A DNA stretch of 64,000 nt, from contig CAJOJG010000004.1 of the NCBI GenBank assembly GCA_905234655.1, forward strand, positions 4,111-68,110, read 5' to 3'. Positions 28,335 to 36,766 of the stretch are shown here, in pieces. The stretch is from an uncultured Bacteroidales bacterium. GTDB taxonomy: Bacteria > Bacteroidota > Bacteroidia > Bacteroidales > UBA3824. Below the pieces are notes generated by a model. It saw nothing but the letters and a program-made list of their open reading frames with translations. It had not been told where the DNA came from and made no database searches. The stretch's first letter is position 1. Each line of letters opens with the position of its first letter. Both the position numbers and the translations under genes were made by a program.

Positions 28335-28342
28335 CAAATATA
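28335..28342 (-). promoter_or_regulatory. Putative -7 promoter box for module 2
   Basis: The minus strand reads TATATTTG, 23 nt upstream of the ATG at 28312. Confidence 0.4.
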
Positions 28343-28670
28343 GTGAGGAAATTCGAGATTTGCAAAAAAATCACCGCTTAATCTCGCCGCCGCCGTGCAA
28401 CTTCTTGAAAATCTTTTTCATCAGTTTGTAGATGCCGAGGCGGTTGGACCAGAGGCGGGCTTGCTTTTCGAGGCGGTGGCGGAACGTCAGAGGAAAATAT
28501 TTGGCGAAGACCGCCGCCGCCGGAAGCGTGTCGAGGCATAAAGGATTACGACTTGCTTTTTCTCTCTTGTGATGTTAAGCCGTTTCAGTATTTCCATCGG
28601 ACAAATATCGTTGTTCCAACGCCGCGAGTTTTTGCTTTGTTAATTGTTGCTTGCTTCGCAGGGGCCGCCT

Positions 28671-29156
28671 TTATATCTTTTCCTGAACCACCTCTGACAG
28701 TTCAAGAAGTTTGTACCTGACTTTCAACAAAATATCGTCGGTAGAAACGTTTTCTTTCAGTTCAGGAACAAATATGTTGCCGCTTGGCTTTATATTTTTG
28801 TCATCTTGCCTTGTGAAAATTCCGGCGTGGGACTTGATATGCTTGTCGCGAGGCTCAACTTCAACATTCACAGACACTTGAACCCCACCTAAACTGACGT
28901 TTATTTTTCTTATGTCGCCGACATTAAGTTTGGCGTACCGAAGTTTGTCAAAATCGTTGCCAAATGTAAAATCGTCGTGGTCTTTCGCAAAATTCCTTAC
29001 ATCATCGCTGAAAGATTCCACGGATGTACGATTGACAGAAATATAAGTTTCGTTGTACCTCAACGCAAATGCAATGTGCATCAACTCGTCATCCATAAAC
29101 CAATTGCGGTTGAGGATTCGTGCAACATTCTCAGTATCAAGTACAACGTCATTCAT
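28671..29156 (-). CDS. Unknown-family protein B1; module 1, second gene
   Basis: 161-aa ORF whose ATG abuts the upstream TAG (TAG|ATG). The N-terminal half is conserved with B2 (ENVARIL..HIAFALRYNETYISVNRTSVESFSDD..AKLNVGD). I could not place it in any known family. Confidence 0.65.
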   Translation of the reverse strand: MNDVVLDTENVARILNRNWFMDDELMHIAFALRYNETYISVNRTSVESFSDDVRNFAKDHDDFTFGNDFDKLRYAKLNVGDIRKINVSLGGVQVSVNVEVEPRDKHIKSHAGIFTRQDDKNIKPSGNIFVPELKENVSTDDILLKVRYKLLELSEVVQEKI

Positions 29157-29621
29157 CTATCCGATAGTGCGAATTAAATCCAAAAAAGAGTTTGGCGTGA
29201 AAGTCAAATGATTCCCGTGCAGTTCCAAACCGTCAATCACTGCGTAATACGAATATTCCTGTGTCCCAACGCTGATGCAAGCCTTGGTCTTTTTGGATTG
29301 CAAACCCAAAGTGGCGTTAGTTTCGGGACCAATCATCCAACCGTCCCAATCAGCGTCGTCAGAAATCATCAATACCCTTTTGATATTGTCAACCGTCTGT
29401 CTTGCAATCGGCAACGCACCCTCGCCATCCCAATTCTTTTTGAGTTGGCCGATAGCGTCAAGTCTTGAATACATTTTGGACAAGTTTTTGCCGGTCGCTT
29501 CCTCAACGAGCCTACGACCAATCACTTCCTTGTCTTGATTGCTGATATTCAAAGAGTTAATCAACATCATTGTATCAAAATATGACGGCGAATAACTTTG
29601 TATGTTGCCAGTGTATGCCAT
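29157..29621 (-). CDS. Unknown-family protein A1; module 1, first gene
   Basis: 154-aa ORF. The conserved core shared with A2 is LKKNWDGEGALPIARQTVDNIKRVLMISDDADWDGWMIGPETNATLGL..ISVG..YSYY..LTFTP. No family was recognised. Confidence 0.65.
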   Translation of the reverse strand: MAYTGNIQSYSPSYFDTMMLINSLNISNQDKEVIGRRLVEEATGKNLSKMYSRLDAIGQLKKNWDGEGALPIARQTVDNIKRVLMISDDADWDGWMIGPETNATLGLQSKKTKACISVGTQEYSYYAVIDGLELHGNHLTFTPNSFLDLIRTIG

Positions 29622-29646
29622 AAGCGGTTCTATTTCTGTTTCGACG

Positions 29647-29654
29647 CAAACTTA
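29647..29654 (-). promoter_or_regulatory. Putative -7 promoter box for module 1
   Basis: The minus strand reads TAAGTTTG, 26 nt upstream of the ATG at 29621. Confidence 0.4.
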
Positions 29655-29689
29655 CAAATACTTTTTCATTCTGCCAAATCTTTTTCGCG

Positions 29690-30061
29690 CTACTTATAAT
29701 ACCCCCCATACCATTCCGCGAATTTCCTCAATCCTTCCCTTAACCCTGTCTTCGGCTTGAATCCAAATTCCTTTCTAACCGACTTCCCGTTTTTGATGTC
29801 TTCTCTCTCGGGATTTGGCTGAAGGGTATAGTTCCGTTCAAAGCCTTCGGCGACGCCGCTATGCATTTGGTTCAATTCTGCCATTTTGCGTTGACAAATT
29901 TGATTGCCGGTAAAGTGAACTCTCGATGGAAAACTCCATGTTCCTTTTTCCGCTGCAAAGTTATGTAATAATTCTAAAATGTCAACTGTTTTTTTTTGGC
30001 CAGCGAACTTTACATCGAGGTTCCAGGTGTCTGTTATACAGGATTTTAAATATGATTTCAT
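29690..30061 (-). pseudogene. C-terminal remnant of an NAD-dependent nucleotide-sugar epimerase/dehydratase
   Basis: The ORF ends ..KEFGFKPKTGLREGLRKFAEWYGGYYK, the characteristic C-terminus of UDP-glucuronate/UDP-sugar 4-epimerase-type SDRs. The Rossmann N-terminus and the catalytic middle are absent. Confidence 0.7.
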
Positions 30062-30110
30062 TCGTCGGGTGTTTTTGCTATTGTGTGAGATTAAGTGGCA
30101 TGTATATAAT

Positions 30111-30149
30111 CAAAAAGAGGACACAAAGTTTTTTACGACTCTGTGTCCT
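30111..30149 (-). terminator. Rho-independent terminator of the ABC exporter gene
   Basis: The minus strand reads AGGACACA-[loop]-TGTGTCCT followed by CTTTTTG. Confidence 0.55.
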
Positions 30150-30184
30150 CTGTGCAAAAATCCTCTGTGTTCTATGTGCTTAAA

Positions 30185-31975
30185 CTATCCCTCCGTCATC
30201 TTGACAATCTTGTCGATGTTGAGGCTGCGGGCGGAGGCGTCGATGATGTCCTTGTAGATGCCGCCTTGTTTATACACCTCGTCGGGGTTGCCGCCTTGCT
30301 CGACACGGCCGGTATTGAGGGCGTAAATCATCTCTGAATCAATGATTTGCGATATTGAGTGTGAGATGATGACCACGGTGCGGTTTTGCTTGATGGCGTC
30401 GATGGCGTTCTTTATCTGCTCGGTGGCGATGGCGTCGAGGCTCGCGGTGGGCTCGTCGAGGAAAATAATCGGCGGATTTTTCAGGAACATGCGCGCAATG
30501 GCGATGCGCTGCTGCTGCCCGCCCGAAAGGTCGGCGGCGTTGGTCTTGAAGCCGTCGGGCATCTTCTCTATCATGTCGTAGATGTACGCCTTCTTGGCGG
30601 CGTCGCAGACTTCCTCAAATGTGGCGTCGGGACGGCCGTAGCGGATGTTTTCTTCGACCGAGCCGTCAAAGATGTGGTTCTTTTGAAGGACGAGGCCGAT
30701 GTTTTCGCGAAGGTATTGCGTGTCCCAGTCACGGATGTCAACGCCGTCGATTTTGATGGTGCCGTCGTCGGGTTCGTAAAACTTGTCCAAGAGGTTGACG
30801 ACGGTGCTTTTGCCCGCGCCAGACAGTCCGACAAAGGCGGTAATCTTGCCGTGAGGTATCGACATGCTTACGTCTGTAAGTGCCTTGCAGCCATTGGGAT
30901 AGGTGAAGTTGACGTGCGAAATCTCGATGTCGCCGCGCACGGTTTCGGGTCGGTATGTGCCGGTCTGTTCTGCGCTGTCTTTGGCGTCGAGGATGTCAAA
31001 ATAGCCTTCGGCGTAGATAAGTGCCTCATTGACATCGTCGTAGATGCGGTGAAGCTGGCGGATGGGCGCGGTAACGTTGGAAAACAGCATTATGTGGTAC
31101 ATTATCTTGCCGATGGTCATGCCCGGATAGTCGGTGAGCACCAGGTAAGCCGTCAGGATAATGATGAATACCGTGCCTATCTGTTCCACGAAGGTCTTGA
31201 TGCCGTCGTAGATGAAACTGTATTTGCGGGTGTTCAACTGATTGTCGGTCAGGTTGTTGATGATGTCGGTCTGCTTGGTGTACTCTATTTCCTCGCGGTT
31301 GAACGACTTGATGACGTTGATGTTTTGAAGGATGTTCATGATGCCGCTGCTCTTGGCCTCGCGGTAGTTGCGCATGTTGGTGCGCCAGTTTTTGAGTTTG
31401 CCGGCCTGTAAGTACGTGACGTAGAAGTAGATAGGCACTATCACCAACGCCACGAGACCGACGTAGAAATTGGCGGCAAACATCAGCACCAACGCCAATA
31501 CCGCGCTCGTGCCGAGGGGCAGGATGTCGATGAAGAAGTTTTTGATGGTCATCGTGATGAAATCCACGCCACGGTCGATGCGGGTCTGTACTTTGCCGGG
31601 CTTGTTGTCGTCGCGGGTGAAGAAGGCGACTTTGAAGGTCAGGACTTTTTTGATGACCGCCGCCGCCAAGTCTTGCGAAATCAGCACTTTGATGCGTTCT
31701 CCGTAGTATTTTTGGACGAAGTTGATGAGCAATACGAGCAATTCTTTGCCCAGCAATATCGTCGAAATCACTACCATTACGTATGACGCCTGGCTCCACT
31801 CGAAGTGTTCGAGGTGAAGTAGGCGGTTGACTTCATCGACGGTCTTGTCGAGGACGACGGCGTTGACCTGCGCGGCGAGCGACCCTATGAAGGTCATCAC
31901 GAGGGTCAGGACGACGAGCCATTTGTAGGGTTTTACAAATGGCATTATCTTTATGAACAACTGTTTGAGCGACAT
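30185..31975 (-). CDS. ABC exporter, fused permease/ATPase (MsbA/multidrug type)
   Basis: 596 aa with a 6-TM N-domain, Walker A GLSGAGKST, the signature LSGGQQQRIAIARM and Walker B IIFLDEPT. Confidence 0.9.
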   Translation of the reverse strand: MSLKQLFIKIMPFVKPYKWLVVLTLVMTFIGSLAAQVNAVVLDKTVDEVNRLLHLEHFEWSQASYVMVVISTILLGKELLVLLINFVQKYYGERIKVLISQDLAAAVIKKVLTFKVAFFTRDDNKPGKVQTRIDRGVDFITMTIKNFFIDILPLGTSAVLALVLMFAANFYVGLVALVIVPIYFYVTYLQAGKLKNWRTNMRNYREAKSSGIMNILQNINVIKSFNREEIEYTKQTDIINNLTDNQLNTRKYSFIYDGIKTFVEQIGTVFIIILTAYLVLTDYPGMTIGKIMYHIMLFSNVTAPIRQLHRIYDDVNEALIYAEGYFDILDAKDSAEQTGTYRPETVRGDIEISHVNFTYPNGCKALTDVSMSIPHGKITAFVGLSGAGKSTVVNLLDKFYEPDDGTIKIDGVDIRDWDTQYLRENIGLVLQKNHIFDGSVEENIRYGRPDATFEEVCDAAKKAYIYDMIEKMPDGFKTNAADLSGGQQQRIAIARMFLKNPPIIFLDEPTASLDAIATEQIKNAIDAIKQNRTVVIISHSISQIIDSEMIYALNTGRVEQGGNPDEVYKQGGIYKDIIDASARSLNIDKIVKMTEG

Positions 31976-31984
31976 TGTGTTGGA

Positions 31985-33154
31985 TTATTTTAGGATTTCG
32001 TCGGCGAGGGTTTCGAGGGCGGCGCGGTCGGTGTCTTTCAGCGCGCCACGGACGGTGGCGACGGTGGGGCAGATTTCCACGTCCTTGAAGTCGGCAAACA
32101 TCTCGCGCATTATGCGTGCCGCCTGCGGTGCCCAAGAGCCGTTTTCGACGAGGGCGACGCGGCGTTTTTGGTAGTTTTTGATTTTGAGGTGGTGGACGAA
32201 ATCGACCATCTTCGGGAACAATCCGCCGTCATACGTGGGCGCGGCGAGGACGAGTTTGCCATATTTGAATGCGTCTTCGATGCCCTCCGCCCAGTCTTCT
32301 TCGCAGAGGTTTGAGATTGCGACTTTGGGTGCGCCTTTTTGGCGAAGGATTTCGGCGAGAGCCTCGGCGACTTTGCCGGTATTGCCGTGCATCGTGCAGT
32401 ATGCGATGAAAACGCCCTCGCTCTCAACGTCATACGCGCTCCAGATGGTGTAGAGCCTGAGTGCTTCGGCGAGCATTTCGCCTTTCAAAATCGGGCCGTG
32501 AAGTGGGCAGATGGTTTCGATTGAGAGTGCGGACGCTTTTTTGAGCAACGCCTGCACCTGTGCGCCGTATTTGCCGCAGATGTTGAAGTAATAGCGACGC
32601 GCCTCGCATGCCCAGTCGTCAGGCTCTGCGTCGTAAACGCCAAATTTTCCGAAGCCGTCGGCGCTGAACAGAACTTTGCTCGTCTGGTCGTAGGTTACGA
32701 TTACTTCGGGCCAGTGGACCATCGGCGCGGTGAAAAATTGCAGTGTGTGTTTGCCGAGCGCGAGGGTTTCGCCTTCCTTGACGGTCTTGACGTTGGCGGC
32801 TAAATCCGCGCCGGGGAAGTATAGGGCGAGCATCTTGTTGGCGGCGGCAGACATCACGAGCTGGATTCCGGGGTATTTTTTGACGGCTTCGGCGATGAGC
32901 GACGAGTGGTCGGGTTCCATGTGCTGGACGACGAGGTAGTCGGGTGTGCGGCCGTTGAGGGCTTGGTCGAGGTTGGCGAGCCACTGCGCCCCGCAGCGGT
33001 CGTCGATGGTGTCCATGATGGCGATTTTGTCGTCGAGGATTAGGTACGAATTGTAGCACATGCCTTCTTCGAGCATGTACTGGCCTTCAAATTGTGTGAT
33101 CTCGCTGTCGTCGCAGCCTATGTAGATGATGTCGTTGTTGATTGTCTTGTCCAT
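31985..33154 (-). CDS. FprA-family A-type flavoprotein (metallo-beta-lactamase domain plus flavodoxin domain)
   Basis: Contains the di-iron motif VVQHMEPDHSS and a flavodoxin-like C-domain (IAYCTMHGNTGKVAEAL). The likely start is MDKTINND at 33154. The track ORF start at 33229 would overlap the upstream toxin gene. Confidence 0.85.
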   Translation of the reverse strand: MDKTINNDIIYIGCDDSEITQFEGQYMLEEGMCYNSYLILDDKIAIMDTIDDRCGAQWLANLDQALNGRTPDYLVVQHMEPDHSSLIAEAVKKYPGIQLVMSAAANKMLALYFPGADLAANVKTVKEGETLALGKHTLQFFTAPMVHWPEVIVTYDQTSKVLFSADGFGKFGVYDAEPDDWACEARRYYFNICGKYGAQVQALLKKASALSIETICPLHGPILKGEMLAEALRLYTIWSAYDVESEGVFIAYCTMHGNTGKVAEALAEILRQKGAPKVAISNLCEEDWAEGIEDAFKYGKLVLAAPTYDGGLFPKMVDFVHHLKIKNYQKRRVALVENGSWAPQAARIMREMFADFKDVEICPTVATVRGALKDTDRAALETLADEILK

Positions 33155-33173
33155 TTTTGTTTGAATATGTTTT

Positions 33174-33500
33174 TTATTGATTGTTTTCTTCGATTGATTT
33201 TGCAAGATTTTCGGGGCTACGCCGCACATCCCAAATGGCGACGATTTCCAAAATGTCTTCCTTTAAAATTCTGTAAACCACTTTGTTAAGTGGATTAATG
33301 ACGACACTTCGGTATGTACTCGCTTTCTCCACCAGATTAGGTTCAATTTTACCCATGTAGGGATTAGTTTCGAGACGGTCAATGTTGTCCAGAACTTCAG
33401 AAACAAACTTTGCTTTGGAACGTTCTCCATTGTGGGTTAGGATATAATTGCTTATAGAGTCGAATTTTTCCTGTGCTTCGTCAAGGATGCGTACTTTCAT
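33174..33500 (-). CDS. Type II toxin, RelE/ParE family
   Basis: 108 aa: MKVRILDEAQEKFDSI..NPYMGKIEP......YRSVVINPLNKVVYRILKEDILEIVAIWDVRRSP. A 4-nt overlap links it to the upstream antitoxin gene. Confidence 0.8.
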   Translation of the reverse strand: MKVRILDEAQEKFDSISNYILTHNGERSKAKFVSEVLDNIDRLETNPYMGKIEPNLVEKASTYRSVVINPLNKVVYRILKEDILEIVAIWDVRRSPENLAKSIEENNQ

Positions 33501-33775
33501 ACTGCTTGTCTTTCTAAGATTTCGTACTCTGTTCCAATGAGTTCCCTGCGCAGCCGTTCCTTGAACTCCTCTCCTGATATGTATTGACCATTCTCGGATT
33601 GCCGCTCTGCCTCGTCAATCATTGCGTATATTTGCTCTTTTGTGTAGGGCACAAGTTCCTCCGCTTCTTTCTTCTCGACATCTTCCAACAGTTGGCTGGC
33701 GACCCAGCGTTTGTCGCGAAATGAAAGAGTGTCTTTCAGATAGTCCAACAGGCTATTTAATGCTTTTTCGCTCAT
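33497..33775 (-). CDS. Cognate antitoxin (small acidic protein)
   Basis: The likely start is MSEKALNSLLDYLK at 33775. It is 92 aa, lies immediately upstream of the ParE-like toxin and overlaps it. The family was not recognised. Confidence 0.6.
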   Translation of the reverse strand: MSEKALNSLLDYLKDTLSFRDKRWVASQLLEDVEKKEAEELVPYTKEQIYAMIDEAERQSENGQYISGEEFKERLRRELIGTEYEILERQAV

Positions 33776-33848
33776 AATGTTTCTGTTTAATGGTTTCGTG
33801 CGGTAAAGGTACGACAATATTTTAAAATTCCAAAAAATAATCTACAAA

Positions 33849-33889
33849 CAAAAAATCCCGTATGCAGTTTTTTGACATGCATACGGGAT
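33849..33889 (-). terminator. Rho-independent terminator of the serpin gene
   Basis: A 12-bp perfect stem ATCCCGTATGCA/TGCATACGGGAT is followed on the minus strand by TTTTTTG. Confidence 0.7.
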
Positions 33890-33911
33890 TTCGGTTTTAT
33901 GGGGGAGTTGG

Positions 33912-35261
33912 TTATTTTATGCTTTTCACAACGCCGGTGAAGAGCGGGATGCCGTTTCTGGTAAGGATGTAGACGAAGTCGCGGTCGACGACGAAGTCTT
34001 CATAAACGTCTTTGAGGACGTTTTCGCCGGGGCCGGGGGCTCCGCACAACATTTCAAATTCGGTTATCGCCGCACCCTCGATGCCGGATTTTGTGACTTC
34101 GAGGTTTGTCACGTGCTTGACTTTGCCACAGTAGACTGAGTGGTTTGTGATGTTGCTGAAATCACAGCTGTTAGCGTCGAACAACTTCTTGACACCCAAG
34201 TCTTTGAGCGTTTTTTTTATGTCGTTGTCGAAAGTCGCTTTGAACTCCGGGAAGAGGCAACGTGTGTGGTAGCGGTTGGCATCGTCGGTGTAGACGTATG
34301 GCGTCGGGTTGTCGAGGACTTCTGGTGTGTAGATGTCCTCGACGGTATGTCCGTCTGTGGGAACGTAGAATGTAAGTCCGATGCCATTCTCCGTATATGT
34401 CACGAATTTACGGAAAAGTTCGGTCCGTAGTGCGCGTCCGCTATTGTAATAGCCTTGCAGGAGTTTTATGCTGGTTTTGGAGTTGTTGAAGTTCTTGAAG
34501 TCGTACTTCTCGGATGTAAATTCGAGGTCTTCGTTAAACTCGTTCCATATATCTCTGAGGTACACGACGTTAAGCAATACCATCGCCATGTCGTCTGATA
34601 CTTCCAAGTTGGGGCTGAGAAGGCCGTTAGTCTCATTCTTGATGTACGAGGTTATGACGCTATTTACATTAGTGGTGAAATCCAGCGTGAACAGGTCGCT
34701 GAAGTAGTTGGTGGTTAGTGACTTTATTCCGCTGTCCTTTACGTCAAAGCCTTCGCGGAGCCACAGCGAGTTGACGCATTTGACCTGGTTTTCGGAAACA
34801 TGGTAGCCGAGAGCCTGATTGCAGTCGTAGTTCAGAGCCTGGATGTTCGAGGAGAGTTCCTCGTATGAGACTCCGAGTACGTCGAGGAGTTCCTGCCGTG
34901 TCTCGCCGCTTGCACATTCTGTCGCCATGCCCAAGCCCATGAAGATTGAAACCGGCGATACTGCGATGTTCTTGTCGCCTTTGCAGCCGATTGAAGTGGC
35001 GACTTTGTTGGAGAAATGGTTGACCTTGCCGACGAAGTTGGAGTACTCGTCGCCCCATGTCTTGCCGTACATGGATTCATCGTCGGGCGCGACCTTGCTG
35101 GCGATTTTTGCCTTTGAGATGGCGGCCTCGTTCTCCACCTCGTAGTTGTCGGGGGTGACGTGGTCGGGTCTTGGGTTCTCGGATTCGTCCTTGCAGGACG
35201 GGGTTGCCGCGAGGAGAGCGGCGGCGGCGAGTGCCGCGAGTGTGTGTTTCGTGATGTTCAT
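33912..35261 (-). CDS. Serpin-family lipoprotein (serine protease inhibitor fold)
   Basis: The likely start is MNITKHTLAALAAAALLAATPS|CKDE at 35261 (lipobox). The serpin C-terminal signature is present: GIEGAAITEFEM..(reactive-loop region)..FVVDRDFVYILTRNGIPLFTGVV. Confidence 0.85.
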   Translation of the reverse strand: MNITKHTLAALAAAALLAATPSCKDESENPRPDHVTPDNYEVENEAAISKAKIASKVAPDDESMYGKTWGDEYSNFVGKVNHFSNKVATSIGCKGDKNIAVSPVSIFMGLGMATECASGETRQELLDVLGVSYEELSSNIQALNYDCNQALGYHVSENQVKCVNSLWLREGFDVKDSGIKSLTTNYFSDLFTLDFTTNVNSVITSYIKNETNGLLSPNLEVSDDMAMVLLNVVYLRDIWNEFNEDLEFTSEKYDFKNFNNSKTSIKLLQGYYNSGRALRTELFRKFVTYTENGIGLTFYVPTDGHTVEDIYTPEVLDNPTPYVYTDDANRYHTRCLFPEFKATFDNDIKKTLKDLGVKKLFDANSCDFSNITNHSVYCGKVKHVTNLEVTKSGIEGAAITEFEMLCGAPGPGENVLKDVYEDFVVDRDFVYILTRNGIPLFTGVVKSIK

Positions 35262-35400
35262 GTTACTTTTATGAAAAATTAGTAAGTAGTTTGTGTTAAT
35301 TTCATATTTATAACACATGTAAACTTCAAAACCCTATAAAATTTTCAACTAAATATCTCTTTTAGCAGTGTTTAATCGACATTATGAGTTGATATATAAC

Positions 35401-35441
35401 AAAATACGCCACGCAATCTTTTTGAGCGTTTTGCGGGGCGT
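35401..35441 (-). terminator. Rho-independent terminator of the nitroreductase gene
   Basis: Stem ACGCCaCGCAA/TTGCGgGGCGT (one mismatch) is followed on the minus strand by a T-run. Confidence 0.45.
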
Positions 35442-35454
35442 AGTGTCGTGATTT

Positions 35455-36207
35455 TTATTCAATGCGGAAACTTTTCTTTACAAAATCGAGGTATTTTTTT
35501 GAGAAAGTTGCACCGTCTTTGGCAGTGTAGCGGACTTGGGTGAACACTTCGGCAAGGTTGGCGAGTTTGTTGTCGGCGACAAACTGCTTCATCTTGTCGA
35601 GGTTTTCGATTTCGGAGTAGTACTCGTCAATCTGTTCGGGAGTGTATTGGCGGTATTTCTCGAAATGAACGACGGCCTCAAACGGCAGACGCTCAGTAAG
35701 TTCGCCAGTGGGCTGCTCCTCCGGGTAGCCTGCGGCCATCGTCACTACCGGCACGACGCCTTGTGGCAGGTTAAGTACCTTAGAAATCTCCTCGGCGTTG
35801 TACATAGTCGTCCCGAGAAAACATATTCCAAGTCCTTTACTCTCAGCGGCTAATGCGGCGTTCTCCGCAGCAAGGACAGTGTCCACTAATGCCGTCGAGA
35901 ACCACAGGAAGTTGTCGTAGCATGGCTCCGTGCCGCGCTGTCTGCACCATTGGGAAAACCGGTTGACGTCGGCGCAGAATGTGAACACTAACGGGGCTTC
36001 CTGGACCATCTTTTGGTTGAAGTGGAGCGGCAGGAGCTCGTTCTTAATCTTCGGCTGTGTGGACAGTATGACGCTGTATAGTTGCATGTTGCCGGTGTTG
36101 GAGGCGCGGATTGTCGCCTCGAAGATGTCCTTGATTATTGTCTCGTCGACAATGCGCCGTGTGAAGTTCCTGACGGAGGCGTGGTTTTTAAGTATCGGAA
36201 TGTTCAT
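35455..36207 (-). CDS. Nitroreductase-family NAD(P)H-dependent oxidoreductase
   Basis: 250 aa. Contains HASVRNFT, RASNTGNMQLYS and a core collinear with NfsA-like enzymes. Confidence 0.8.
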   Translation of the reverse strand: MNIPILKNHASVRNFTRRIVDETIIKDIFEATIRASNTGNMQLYSVILSTQPKIKNELLPLHFNQKMVQEAPLVFTFCADVNRFSQWCRQRGTEPCYDNFLWFSTALVDTVLAAENAALAAESKGLGICFLGTTMYNAEEISKVLNLPQGVVPVVTMAAGYPEEQPTGELTERLPFEAVVHFEKYRQYTPEQIDEYYSEIENLDKMKQFVADNKLANLAEVFTQVRYTAKDGATFSKKYLDFVKKSFRIE

Positions 36208-36273
36208 TTGCTTAGATTTTGGTTTGGCGGCGTCCGTGACGCTTCTGTCCGAGGGTCACGTGGAGCCGGGTTA

Positions 36274-36765
36274 TCATTGGTGGTGGTTCTTCTTGATGTT
36301 CCTCGTGATCGGGATTTTGTACGACTGTTTTACGACGCCCATCACAAAGCTGCTGCTCAGGCTGCCGATGCAGTCGAGCTGGCCAAGGATGCGGAGTATG
36401 AACTCCTGGTACTCTTTCATGGAGGCGACGTATATTTTGAGCTGGAAGTCGTAGTCGCCGGTCACGTTATAACATTCGGCGATTTCGTCCATTTCCTGCA
36501 CTGCCTGCATGATTTTCTGGGCGTTCTCGAATGAGTGCTGCTTGAGCTTGATGTTGCATATCGCCATGAATGCGCAGTCGAGCTTGTCGACGTCGAGGAT
36601 TGCCACATACTTTTTTATGTAGCCCTCCTCCTTCATCCTCTTGACGCGCTCGAAGACCGGGGTGGGGGAGCGGTGGACTTTCTGGGCGAGTTGGCGGTTC
36701 GTCATTGATGCGTCCTCTTGGAGTGCGTCGAGGAGCATGAGGTCGGTTTCGTCGAGTTTTTCCAT
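36274..36765 (-). CDS. Lrp/AsnC-family transcriptional regulator
   Basis: 163 aa with an HTH (LDETDLMLLDALQEDASMTNRQLAQKVHRSPTPVFERVKRMKEEGYI) and a RAM/AsnC_trans_reg domain. Confidence 0.9.
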   Translation of the reverse strand: MEKLDETDLMLLDALQEDASMTNRQLAQKVHRSPTPVFERVKRMKEEGYIKKYVAILDVDKLDCAFMAICNIKLKQHSFENAQKIMQAVQEMDEIAECYNVTGDYDFQLKIYVASMKEYQEFILRILGQLDCIGSLSSSFVMGVVKQSYKIPITRNIKKNHHQ

Positions 36766-36766
36766 G

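Noticed and set aside
28986-29010. HEPN-like Rx4-6H string (RDKHIKSH) in protein B1 as evidence for an RNase toxin.
   Set aside because: A single short pattern match is easily obtained by chance, it is absent from the paralog B2, and the partner protein shows no MNT nucleotidyltransferase motifs. It is kept only as a remark.
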